Part shown: positions 27,566 through 36,803 of the stretch, one piece after another
How the letters are laid out: each line of letters opens with the position of its first letter
Position numbering within the stretch: the stretch's first letter is position 1
Made by a program: the position numbers and the translations under genes
The notes under the pieces: generated by a model
Seen by the model: the letters and a program-made list of their open reading frames with translations, nothing else
Told to the model about the DNA's origin: nothing
Database searches by the model: none
From: Bdellovibrionales bacterium
GTDB taxonomy: Bacteria; Bdellovibrionota; Bdellovibrionia; Bdellovibrionales; JAMPXM01
Assembly (NCBI GenBank): GCA_043746635.1
Contig: JAYTQQ010000129.1
Coordinates: 1-55,796 of the forward strand
Length of the DNA stretch: 55,796 nucleotides
Direction of reading: 5' to 3'

Positions 27566-28572
27566 ATAAGATAAAATTTTCTTTCGCTTTCTTTGTGATG
27601 GTTGTGGTTTCAACTATTTATTTTTCTGGACAGGGTCTTCACGCACAGACAAAACTTAGCTTAGATCCTGAAAATCCTCCTGGGTATGTACCACCTACAA
27701 ACCAAAATCCAAATGGGCAGATACTTCCTGCTCAAAATACTCCGGCGCCTGCGTTGACGCCCGCTCCAGATATTAATTCTCTTTCTCCGCAGCAAGCCCC
27801 GGGCGTACAACCTGATAGACTGACGCAGCCTACGATACCTCAGCAAACGTCTGCAGGACTAGAAATTCCGCCGCCCCCCACTCCAGAGCCGACCGCGACA
27901 CCAGAAACAACGTTTCAAGATCCGGGCGATATTTCAAAGGCGGTATCTGGAGCGATACTCAAAAAGAGCGATGCCAATGCTCCTATAACGGGACCGAGCT
28001 ATCCGGCTTCATCGAAACAAAATACAATTGTTAGCGTGACGAAACCGGGCGAGGAAAAAAAGCTTTTCGCAGTAGTATCGACTTCCGAAGGAAGTTTTAA
28101 GATTAAACTTTTTCCTCAATACGTACCGAGGACGGTCAAGAATTTTACAGATCTCGCCACCGGACAAAAAGAATTCGTCGAGGCAGCAACATCTCGAAAA
28201 TCAACGCGACCTTTTTATAACGGACAAATTATTTTTAAAGTGGTACGCGATTTCGTGATTCAAATGGGATGTCCCTTCGGTGACGGGCGTGGTGGGCCCG
28301 GATACGAAATTTTGGATGAATTTACACCATACTTACATCATGACAAAGAGGGCGTGGTTTCGATGGCTAACCATGGCCCTAATACGGCGGGCTCGCAATT
28401 CTTCATTACTCTAGGTCCACAACCTTCATTCGATAACAAGTACTCTGCCTTTGGACAAGTCGTTAGCGGAATGGATGTCGTGCGTAAAATCTCGAAAGTA
28501 AGAACGGGCCCGACGAGTCGACCACTTAAGAGAATCGTAATTCAGAAAATAGAAATTGAAGGGATCAATTAG
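27562..28572 (+). CDS. Cyclophilin-type peptidyl-prolyl isomerase with signal and Pro-rich linker
   Basis: PRTVKNF, FVIQMGCP.G.G.GGPGY and SMANHGPNTAGSQFFIT motifs; N-terminal signal followed by a P/T/Q-rich region. Confidence 0.92.
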   Translation: MNKIKFSFAFFVMVVVSTIYFSGQGLHAQTKLSLDPENPPGYVPPTNQNPNGQILPAQNTPAPALTPAPDINSLSPQQAPGVQPDRLTQPTIPQQTSAGLEIPPPPTPEPTATPETTFQDPGDISKAVSGAILKKSDANAPITGPSYPASSKQNTIVSVTKPGEEKKLFAVVSTSEGSFKIKLFPQYVPRTVKNFTDLATGQKEFVEAATSRKSTRPFYNGQIIFKVVRDFVIQMGCPFGDGRGGPGYEILDEFTPYLHHDKEGVVSMANHGPNTAGSQFFITLGPQPSFDNKYSAFGQVVSGMDVVRKISKVRTGPTSRPLKRIVIQKIEIEGIN

Positions 28573-29309
28573 TTAGCTGATTCGCTCACTATAAGAATCT
28601 CGATTCTTCGATTCTTAGCCCGATTCGCATCGGTATCATTAGGAGCAACCGGCTTTTGATCGGCGTAGGCAACCGCAGTCATTTTCTTCGGATCGATCTG
28701 ATCATGGGACGCAAGATACCTTAGCACTTTAGTTGCCCGTACCGCCGAAAGCTCCCAGTTGCTCGGAAACTTCGAGGTATGAACTGGCTCATTATCAGTA
28801 TGACCTTCGATGATCAATCTTCGATTAGAATCTTTTAAGAGCTGCCCGATTTTATCGAGAGCTGCCGTCGAAGAAAGTTTTAAGTCAGCAGAACCGCTCG
28901 GAAAAAGCGTTGCTGCCGCCAACTGAATTCTCGCACCAATAGTATCGTGATGAATTTCTTGAATCGCATCTTGGTACTCATTTTTATCCATCGACTTTTT
29001 TAAAACTCGTTGAACGTAATCTTGCACTTCTTGAGGACCGGCCGTTGCAGGCGGAAATGATTTAATGGGTGGGTCAATCAGACTTTTATTTTCGGACTCG
29101 GTATTGAAGTCTCCGGGACTTTCGCCAACGCCGTTACCGCTAAAGTATTTACGAATTGACTTTTCAAACTCTTCTTGTTTCTTTATATCGTGCTGAGACG
29201 TTGCATACAGAACCGTGAAAAAGGCAAATAGCAACGTGATGAAATCGGCGTAAGAGACGAGCCAACGCTCGTGATTTTCATGCTCTTCTTGTCTTTTTCT
29301 TCGCGCCAT
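28569..29309 (-). CDS. motB: Flagellar stator protein MotB
   Basis: ERWLVSYADFITLLFAFF (conserved Asp), EGHTD, NWELSAVRA and NRRIEI motifs. Confidence 0.96.
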   Translation of the reverse strand: MARRKRQEEHENHERWLVSYADFITLLFAFFTVLYATSQHDIKKQEEFEKSIRKYFSGNGVGESPGDFNTESENKSLIDPPIKSFPPATAGPQEVQDYVQRVLKKSMDKNEYQDAIQEIHHDTIGARIQLAAATLFPSGSADLKLSSTAALDKIGQLLKDSNRRLIIEGHTDNEPVHTSKFPSNWELSAVRATKVLRYLASHDQIDPKKMTAVAYADQKPVAPNDTDANRAKNRRIEILIVSESAN

Positions 29310-29323
29310 TTCTTTTCAATTCT

Positions 29324-29362
29324 GCGGCCTGAGCCGCGGGTCAATTCTGCGACTCAGGCCGC
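29324..29362 (-). other. Strong GC-rich hairpin between motA and motB, without a U-tract
   Basis: Perfect 10-bp arms GCGGCCTGAG/CTCAGGCCGC plus inner pairing; followed by AGAATTGAAAAGAAATG, not poly-U. Confidence 0.7.
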
Positions 29363-29366
29363 TGGT

Positions 29367-30143
29367 CTAATCTGCGGTGATTTGAGTTTTTTTGCCATTG
29401 CTGTGCACGTAGGCTCTGAGTTTTTGTTCAATAATAAAAGGATTCATTCCGGCCATAATTCCTATGGCACCTTCTAGAATCATATTTTTAACTTCTATTT
29501 CTAACTTAATTTTACGTTTAATTTTGTATGCAAGCGGCAGAAATAAAAGATTGGCGGAGCCGACTCCATAGACGGTAGCGACAAACGCGACCGCAATACC
29601 CTGTCCAAGTTTAGAAGTATCGGCAAGGTTTTCCATGACGTGAATAAGACCTAGTACCGCACCGATGATTCCGACGGTGGGAGCGAAACCGCCCGCATCC
29701 ATCCAAATTTTTGCACCTGCAAGCTGGTTTTCTTCTTCGATAAAAAGTTCATTTTCAAAAATTTCTCGTAAAGTTTTAGGGTCGACACCATCAATGACAA
29801 AACGAAAGACATTTTGCATAAATGGATTACTCATTTCACTCAATTTTTTCTCAAGTGCTAAAATAGATTCTTTGCGCGCAATCTGTGCGGCTTCGATGAT
29901 TTGGGTGACAATTTTTTCTGTGTTTTGTTCGCTTGACTCAAAGAAACCAAGCTTTAAAAGCTTAAGTCCCATCTTCAAATCTTCAGCCGTTGTACCTATG
30001 CAGACAGCTCCGAGAGTTCCACCAAAAACAATTAAAAATGCCGTTCCCTGAATGATCGAACTGACGTGACCACCCTCGAGAAGCTGGCCACCTAAAACTC
30101 CCCCGAAGGCGAGCACGAGTCCTAACACGGTTATGAGATCCAT
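29367..30143 (-). CDS. motA: Flagellar stator protein MotA
   Basis: IVFGGT, ARKESILALE, APTVGIIGAVLGLI and AFVATVYG motifs. Confidence 0.96.
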   Translation of the reverse strand: MDLITVLGLVLAFGGVLGGQLLEGGHVSSIIQGTAFLIVFGGTLGAVCIGTTAEDLKMGLKLLKLGFFESSEQNTEKIVTQIIEAAQIARKESILALEKKLSEMSNPFMQNVFRFVIDGVDPKTLREIFENELFIEEENQLAGAKIWMDAGGFAPTVGIIGAVLGLIHVMENLADTSKLGQGIAVAFVATVYGVGSANLLFLPLAYKIKRKIKLEIEVKNMILEGAIGIMAGMNPFIIEQKLRAYVHSNGKKTQITAD

Positions 30144-30155
30144 TCGCTTACCCTT

Positions 30156-30377
30156 TTATTTTTGCAAATCAACGTTGTTGGCAGAGCTTAAATCGGAAAT
30201 AGAATATTTTCTTCGAAAAGCCACGATACCCGCGACAATCTCTTTTGGAGAGTCTTTGACCAAGATTGAATCTCCATCAATGAAATGAACGATCGTGTCT
30301 GGCATCGATTCAACAGCTCGTATAAGATCAGGGTTGACAAAAATCGAGGCGCCGTTCAATTTCTTGAGTTCAATCAT
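30156..30377 (-). CDS. flbD: Flagellar protein FlbD/SwrD family
   Basis: MIELKKLNG...VNPDLI..VE..PDT motif; classic position upstream of motAB. Confidence 0.9.
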   Translation of the reverse strand: MIELKKLNGASIFVNPDLIRAVESMPDTIVHFIDGDSILVKDSPKEIVAGIVAFRRKYSISDLSSANNVDLQK

Positions 30378-30449
30378 GAAAATAGTTTCGCATACACCTA
30401 AGAAAATGAGAAGATATCTTATTCTGTTCTCTTCACAAGTGGAGTAAAA

Positions 30450-31046
30450 ATGTCTCCCCAGCTTATAGAGTACTATAAAAAACTCGACCAGAGTCTATTC
30501 ACGAAGATCAATCAAGATTGGTCTTTTCCTCTGGGTGATTTTTATTTCCCGGCGATGACTGATTTTCATCAGGCTCCACTTTTTCTCTATCTAATTTTAC
30601 CGGCCTTTCTCGTGCTTTTTCTTTATAGGTTTCGCATGAAAGGCGTTAGGATTCTTATCACTCTCGGAATCGCCCTCATTCTTACAGATATGGTCTGCTT
30701 TCGAATTATTAAACATACGATCCAGCGACCTCGACCAGCACACGCAGGAATACACGTGGTTCTGAGGGTTGAAGATTCAGGCGGTACTTCTTTTCCTTCG
30801 AATCATTCAGCGAATATTTTTGCGACCGCCGTGGTCGTGAGTGCGTTCTTTCCTTTTGCGGGAACTTTCTTTTTTTTGTACGCAATATCGATCGCTTATA
30901 GCCGAGTCTACGTGGGAGTACATTACCCAAGTGACGTCATCGCCGGGGCTCTCATCGGTATCATCATTGGGTACTTCGTTGTTTTCTTTGCTAAAGGGCT
31001 CGTGACGAGACCCGAGAAGAAAGAGCGAAAGTTTAAATATCGTTAG
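30450..31046 (+). CDS. PAP2-family membrane phosphatase
   Basis: K....RPRP, SFPSNH and SRVYVGVHYPSD motifs. Confidence 0.93.
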   Translation: MSPQLIEYYKKLDQSLFTKINQDWSFPLGDFYFPAMTDFHQAPLFLYLILPAFLVLFLYRFRMKGVRILITLGIALILTDMVCFRIIKHTIQRPRPAHAGIHVVLRVEDSGGTSFPSNHSANIFATAVVVSAFFPFAGTFFFLYAISIAYSRVYVGVHYPSDVIAGALIGIIIGYFVVFFAKGLVTRPEKKERKFKYR

Positions 31047-31257
31047 CAGCGCTTAAGACTTTTTTCTGGCGCAAAACTTAAGTCTAAAGTGGTCACCCTC
31101 AACGATTCTCCTCGCTTAAAACTATTGTGCTCTTACTCAATTTAAGGCTCAATAATTGAAATGCAACTATGCTAAAATGTTTTTTATAAACTGTAGACCG
31201 GCCTAGCATATTTTTGGGGTCATCACCCCCGGTCTACTAGTCTTAAGTAAGGTTGAT

Positions 31258-32268
31258 ATGCGTGTATTAGTAACCGGTGCTTCTGGTTTTGTAGGTGGAT
31301 GGCTTACACAATCTCTCGTTGATGAAGGACATCAAGTTCGAGTTCTCGTTCGAGACCCGAAAGATGTCGAAGATTTAAAATCGCTTAAAATTGAAATCGC
31401 AGTTGGTGACATTACTGATGTCATTCAAGTAACGAATGCGGCAAAAGATATTGATACCCTCTTTCACCTTGCAGGTGCCATAGCGTACTCTAGTACAGAG
31501 CGAGAAAACATGGAGCGAGTAAACGTTGGCGGTACCGCAAATGTTATTAGCGCATGCAAGGCAAATAAAGTTCGTCGTCTCGTTCACTTTAGTTCAGTCG
31601 TAACGATCGGTTCAAGTTTTAATCCACACAATGTATTAAATGAAAATTCACGGTATAATTTAACAAACTTAAATCTTGGATATTTTGAAACGAAACGTAA
31701 GGCCGAAAATCTCGTATTCGAAGCCGTGCGCCGAGGAGAGCTCGATGCTGTCTGCGTGAACCCATCAACGATTTATGGGCCGGGTGACGAGAAAAAACCT
31801 TCTCGCGGAATGCAGAAGAAAGTCGCTAAGGGAACACTTCCCTTTTATACTTCTGGTGGCGTCAACGTCGTATCGATCGAAGATGTTATCTACTGCACGC
31901 TCAAAGCCTGGCAAATTGGAAAGTCCGGAGAGCGTTACATCATCGCGGGCGAAAATCTCACGATCAAAAAACTCTTTGAACAAATCGCCTACATTGCTGG
32001 AGTAAAACCTCCAAAATTTTACATTCCAGATTTCTTAATTAAGCTATTGGGTCGCATCGGCGACTTTCAAGCACGGCGGGGTAAGAAAGCCTTTATGACA
32101 TACGAAAATGCAGTTGTTGCAACTATGTTTCATTGGTTCGATTCGAGCAAAGCCCAAAAGGCATTTCAGTTTAAACCAAAGCCAGCAAGTTATTGTCTCA
32201 GACAAAGTATTGAATGGAGCCGACGAAATGCTCCAGACGCTGAAGAGAATGGCGTTGCCGAATTATAG
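31258..32268 (+). CDS. NAD-dependent epimerase/dehydratase (extended SDR, dihydroflavonol reductase/HpnA-like)
   Basis: TGASGFVG, NVGGT, YFETK (YxxxK) and IYGPGD motifs. Confidence 0.9.
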   Translation: MRVLVTGASGFVGGWLTQSLVDEGHQVRVLVRDPKDVEDLKSLKIEIAVGDITDVIQVTNAAKDIDTLFHLAGAIAYSSTERENMERVNVGGTANVISACKANKVRRLVHFSSVVTIGSSFNPHNVLNENSRYNLTNLNLGYFETKRKAENLVFEAVRRGELDAVCVNPSTIYGPGDEKKPSRGMQKKVAKGTLPFYTSGGVNVVSIEDVIYCTLKAWQIGKSGERYIIAGENLTIKKLFEQIAYIAGVKPPKFYIPDFLIKLLGRIGDFQARRGKKAFMTYENAVVATMFHWFDSSKAQKAFQFKPKPASYCLRQSIEWSRRNAPDAEENGVAEL

Positions 32269-33144
32269 ATGTTGGTTGATCGCACGAGGCGCTAAAACTT
32301 TACGAGACGAAAACATCAAGAGTAAAAGCGTAATCAGATACGGTGAAATCTGAACTAATGAATTCGGAATTTGAAACCCGCCGATAGCTTTTCCTTGAAG
32401 TTGAATTTGAATGGCGTCGGTAGCAGCAAAAAACAAACAGGCTAAAAAAGTTGGAAGCGGTTTCCAGCCTCCGAGAATCAGTGCCGCCAGAGCAATGAAT
32501 CCGCGGCCGGCAGACATTTCCCGAACGTAAGCACTCCCTTGGCAGAGGCTCAAATAAATACCACCAACGCCAGCAATCAAACTTCCTTCGATGACCGCCC
32601 GTACCCGCAGGTTCTTGTAAGAGACCCCTTGAGTTTCGAGTGCCAACGGATTTTCTCCGCAAGCAGTAAGCCTCAAACCATGCCTCGTTTTTCGAAAAAG
32701 AAACTCGAGAAATACGACGATCAAAATACTGAGCCCGAAAAAAATCAAAGGGTCAGTAAAGCGGAGCTGCATTGACAATGCAGGTGTTGAACCCGTAATT
32801 CCGAAAAGTGCTTTATTCAAGACAGGGATACTACCGACTGCGAGCAAATTGAATGCGGTACCAATGACGACTTGATCTCCGCGCCCGTAAACGCAGATCA
32901 CCGCGAACAATAGGCCGATGAGGCCCGCCGCTAAAAGTCCGAAAAGAACTCCCATCCAAAGACTCGCGAAAAGGCTTGTCGCCGCGGCCGCTGCAAAGGC
33001 TGAAAACAAAAGGTAAGATTCGAGGGCGATGTTTGCGACACCACTTCGCTCACTCATCATTCCGCCGTAGGCTGCAAAAATGAGTGGAACCGAAAGCCTT
33101 ACGCTACTGAGTAACAAATCTGAAATAAAATGAGCCTCGATCAT
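32263..33144 (-). CDS. Nucleoside/sugar ABC transporter permease (CUT2 family)
   Basis: SERSGVANI, GLRLTACGENP and AGRGFIALAA motifs. Confidence 0.92.
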   Translation of the reverse strand: MIEAHFISDLLLSSVRLSVPLIFAAYGGMMSERSGVANIALESYLLFSAFAAAAATSLFASLWMGVLFGLLAAGLIGLLFAVICVYGRGDQVVIGTAFNLLAVGSIPVLNKALFGITGSTPALSMQLRFTDPLIFFGLSILIVVFLEFLFRKTRHGLRLTACGENPLALETQGVSYKNLRVRAVIEGSLIAGVGGIYLSLCQGSAYVREMSAGRGFIALAALILGGWKPLPTFLACLFFAATDAIQIQLQGKAIGGFQIPNSLVQISPYLITLLLLMFSSRKVLAPRAINQHL

Positions 33145-34190
33145 TTTGTCGCTCTCACTTTTTTGTAGACGAGTTCTAATCCAGGTTTACTTGCAACGAC
33201 CAAAACTATGCACGCCTGAATCACTTGCGCGAGATCACGCGTAATGAACTGGGTATCTAAATCAAGATCGAGCGATCCTTTTGCGAGGGCCCCAAATAAA
33301 ATGGCTGACAAGACGACTCCACCTGCTCGATTTTGACCAAGGAGGGCCACAGCAATTCCGATGAAGCCCGCACCATTTGCAAAACCCTCTCGTGCTTTAT
33401 GCGAATACCCCATGATCGTTCCGCAACTGGCAAGCCCCGCAAGACCGCCCGAAATGAAAAGTGCCAAGATGACTTGGCGATCAATCCTAACACCTGACCG
33501 TACCGCGAGTTCGGGAGCCGCACCCGACATACGCTGAAAAAAACCAAACAATGTCTTGCGAAACACGATAGCGAAAATCGCGGCGCATAGTAAAGCGACA
33601 AAAATCATTTGGTTCAAGGGACTGCTCGGATCGAAAAAGGTAATCTGAGATAAAAAATAATTTGAGCCGATTTCAAAAGTTTCAGGATTCTGTGAAGCCG
33701 GATTTCGAAAGACATTTAAAATAAAAAAGCTACTCAGTCCATAAGCGACGAAATTTAAAAGTATGGTGACTAAAACTTCGTGGGCTCCGCGTTTGACTTT
33801 GACCCAGCCAGCGATGGCTCCCCAGACTCCCCCCGCAGCAAAAGCCACGACAAAGGCCGAAAAAATTGCGAGAGGAACAGGCAAATTCGGAAGCAAAATT
33901 CCGAGTGCCATTACCGCAACTCCGCCCATCAACATTTGGCCTTCGGCTCCGACATTGAAGAGGCCTGCACGAAAGGCCCAGGCGACACTTAGTCCCGTAA
34001 GAATAAAAGGAGTTGCGTAAAATAATGAATAGGCAATTTCGCGAGGCCCCCCGAAAGAGCCCATCACTAAAATCTTTAAAACATTCAAGGGATTTTCACC
34101 GACGATCGTCACCAATATCATTGCTAAAAAAATGCCGAGAGCCAACGTGATTAGATAAATTAAAATTGAAGAAATAAAACTTCTTTTCAC
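33141..34190 (-). CDS. Nucleoside/sugar ABC transporter permease (CUT2 family)
   Basis: FRAGLFNVGAEGQ, HEVLVTILLN and GIAVALLG motifs. Confidence 0.92.
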   Translation of the reverse strand: MKRSFISSILIYLITLALGIFLAMILVTIVGENPLNVLKILVMGSFGGPREIAYSLFYATPFILTGLSVAWAFRAGLFNVGAEGQMLMGGVAVMALGILLPNLPVPLAIFSAFVVAFAAGGVWGAIAGWVKVKRGAHEVLVTILLNFVAYGLSSFFILNVFRNPASQNPETFEIGSNYFLSQITFFDPSSPLNQMIFVALLCAAIFAIVFRKTLFGFFQRMSGAAPELAVRSGVRIDRQVILALFISGGLAGLASCGTIMGYSHKAREGFANGAGFIGIAVALLGQNRAGGVVLSAILFGALAKGSLDLDLDTQFITRDLAQVIQACIVLVVASKPGLELVYKKVRATK

Positions 34191-35692
34191 TTTGCGACTC
34201 CGGTCATCGCTTTGCCAATTTCATTTTTTGAAAATTCAGTTCTTTGAAATTCTCCGGTAACGACGCCATCGAAAAGAACGCAGATGCGATCACTAAGAGA
34301 CATGAGCTCTTCAAGTTCGCTGCTGATCAGTAGACATGAAACGCCCAGGTTCTTAAGTCGCACGATTTCTGAATGAATTTTTTCTATAGCGCCAAGATCC
34401 ACACCGCGAGTGGGCTGATGGCAAATAATAAATTTTGGCTTACGGCCCAGGATTTCACGGGCGAAGACGATTTTTTGCTGGTTGCCACCACTTAAAGATG
34501 AAATCGGTTGTTCGGCGTCGGTTAAGCGAACGTCAAATTCTTTGAGCCACGCGGTACCCGTTTTTTTAATTTTATCTTCGTCGAAAAAAATACCATTTTC
34601 AAATTGTTCTTCGATACCAATAATTAGATTTTTAGAGCAAGTCTCATCAAGCCACACGGCCTGAGTATGTCGATCTTCGGGTACTAAAGCTAAGCCCATT
34701 TTTCGAATCGATTTTGTCGAATCACCTGGCTTAATATCACTGTTTAAAAAATAAATGTGGCCAACAAATGGGCAGAGCCCTAGAAGAGTTTCGACCAAAA
34801 GAGATTGTCCCGAGCCCTCGACGCCGGCAATTCCCAAAATTTCGCCCGGAGAAATACTGAGCGAAATATTTTTTAACTGGCCACGCCGTTGATCAATTGT
34901 CGAGACACCGCTATATTCGAGTAATTTATCCGAAGTTAAATTTACTTTTTCGCGAGAGGCACTTTCGACGACTAACTCGCGCCCGATCATATATTTTACG
35001 ATTTGATTCTGAGAAGTCTCAGCTACCACTCCCGATGCAATAAAGCGGCCTTGCCTCAATACATGGTATTGATCGCAAACCGAAAAAACTTCGCCGAGTT
35101 TATGCGTGATCAATACGATTGTGCGGCCCATTTCTTTCAGGTGCCTTAAGAGAGAAAAGAATGATGCAATCTCTTGGGGAGTAAGCACCGCCGTTGGTTC
35201 ATCGAGAATTAGAAATTGTGAGTCTCGGTAGAGAAGTTTCAAAATTTCAATACGTTGTCTAAAACCAACGCTGAGTTCAGAAACTTTCTGGTGCCAAGGA
35301 ACATGCAAACTCTCCTCGGGTAATTTCGCCATAAGCTCCCTAAGAGCTTTCTCTCGGTCGAGGCGTAAACCCTTCATCGGCTCGGTACCTAGAATAATAT
35401 TATCAATGGCAGATAAATTTTCGACGAGGCAAAAATGTTGTTGAACCATGCCGATGCCAGCATTGATCGCGTCACGTGAGTTTTTAAGAGCGACTTTTTT
35501 ACCGTCGATGAGAACCGAGCCCGAAGTGGGCTGAATCAAACCAAATAGCAGTTTCATAAGTGTTGATTTTCCGGCACCATTTTCTCCGACGATCGCATGA
35601 ATTTTCTGCGATTCAAATCGAAGGCTTAAGTCAGTCAAGGCGTGACAGTCTCCATAAGACTTAGACAGATTTTGACTCTCTATCGTAATCAC
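34187..35692 (-). CDS. Nucleoside/sugar ABC transporter ATP-binding protein (double ABC domain)
   Basis: GENGAGKST, LDEPTAVLTP, LSGGNQQK and QPTRGVD motifs. Confidence 0.94.
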   Translation of the reverse strand: MITIESQNLSKSYGDCHALTDLSLRFESQKIHAIVGENGAGKSTLMKLLFGLIQPTSGSVLIDGKKVALKNSRDAINAGIGMVQQHFCLVENLSAIDNIILGTEPMKGLRLDREKALRELMAKLPEESLHVPWHQKVSELSVGFRQRIEILKLLYRDSQFLILDEPTAVLTPQEIASFFSLLRHLKEMGRTIVLITHKLGEVFSVCDQYHVLRQGRFIASGVVAETSQNQIVKYMIGRELVVESASREKVNLTSDKLLEYSGVSTIDQRRGQLKNISLSISPGEILGIAGVEGSGQSLLVETLLGLCPFVGHIYFLNSDIKPGDSTKSIRKMGLALVPEDRHTQAVWLDETCSKNLIIGIEEQFENGIFFDEDKIKKTGTAWLKEFDVRLTDAEQPISSLSGGNQQKIVFAREILGRKPKFIICHQPTRGVDLGAIEKIHSEIVRLKNLGVSCLLISSELEELMSLSDRICVLFDGVVTGEFQRTEFSKNEIGKAMTGVAK

Positions 35693-35705
35693 CGTGAAGC
35701 CCCTA

Positions 35706-36749
35706 CTATTCTTTATGAACTAAATAATAATCCGGAACTTTAATTTCGCCCTTAATGATTTTTGCTTTCACTGCTTCTAATTTATCTTTGTAAGGAGCAA
35801 TTAACTTCTGATTAGAATCGTCGACGGAATAGTCGATGCCTTTATCGCGAAGACCATACGAATGAAGCCCCGCTAAAAATTTTGAATCCTGTTCGTCTTT
35901 GATAATTTGAAAAACGGCCGTGTCGACTCTTTTAAGCATGCTTGTGAGGACACGACCGGGCTTCAGAGCATCTTGATTGCTATCGACGCCGATAACGTAG
36001 GCTTGCTTTTCTTCGGCAGCGTCGAAAACTCCGATTCCGGTTGCGCCTGCTGCCGCAAAAATCACGTCTGCTTTTTGCGAGTATTGATCGAGTGCGAGTT
36101 CTTTTCCGCGACCGGGGTTCGTCCAGGCTGAGCTGTTCACTCCTGCATAATTTGATACGAATTCAATTTTAGGATCAGCGGCCTTTGCTCCCGCCTCGTA
36201 ACCCATTTGAAACCGACGCACGAGAGGCACGTCCATTCCGCCGATAAAACCAATCTTTTTCGTTTTTGAAACAAGGGCCGCTAGATAACCAACGAGGAAA
36301 GAACCTTCGTGTTCGTCAAAGTGAATGCTTGCGACATTCGGTCCTACTACGGTTCCGTCAACAATTGCGAAATGAGTCTTCGGAAACTGCGGAGCAATTT
36401 TCTTCATCGCATCGACTTGGGCAAAACCAATACCGATGACGAGCGGGTATTCACGTTCCGCAAAGGCACGCAGAGATGGCTCGAACGCGTTATCGTCAGC
36501 GCTTTCAACAACCTTCAACTCGACGCCTAATTCTTTTTGAGCAAGGGTTCCCCCAGCGAAAGCGGCTCCGTTAAAAGATTTGTCATCTTTTCCGCCTTTG
36601 TCTAAAACGATGCCGATTTTGAGTTTCGCTTTTGTTGATCCGCTCGCTGAAACTGAAGGTGCTTCTGATTTTTTTTCAGTACACGCGCCCAAAAAGGCTA
36701 ACAAGACTGCGAGTAAAAGCGATAAGAAGCCTTTTTGAGAGTAAGACAA
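35706..36749 (-). CDS. BMP-family ABC substrate-binding lipoprotein (purine nucleoside-like)
   Basis: Lipobox LGAC; DKSFN, EGSFLVG, IGVDSNQ and SMLKRVD motifs. Confidence 0.93.
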   Translation of the reverse strand: MSYSQKGFLSLLLAVLLAFLGACTEKKSEAPSVSASGSTKAKLKIGIVLDKGGKDDKSFNGAAFAGGTLAQKELGVELKVVESADDNAFEPSLRAFAEREYPLVIGIGFAQVDAMKKIAPQFPKTHFAIVDGTVVGPNVASIHFDEHEGSFLVGYLAALVSKTKKIGFIGGMDVPLVRRFQMGYEAGAKAADPKIEFVSNYAGVNSSAWTNPGRGKELALDQYSQKADVIFAAAGATGIGVFDAAEEKQAYVIGVDSNQDALKPGRVLTSMLKRVDTAVFQIIKDEQDSKFLAGLHSYGLRDKGIDYSVDDSNQKLIAPYKDKLEAVKAKIIKGEIKVPDYYLVHKE

Positions 36750-36803
36750 ACATCCCCCTGTTTTAGTTGGCGTAGGCTCGAAATATACGCTAATAGTTTA
36801 TGA

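Noticed and set aside
27660-28050. Pro/Thr/Gln-rich stretch as a tandem repeat
   Set aside because: Low-complexity linker without a periodic nucleotide unit.
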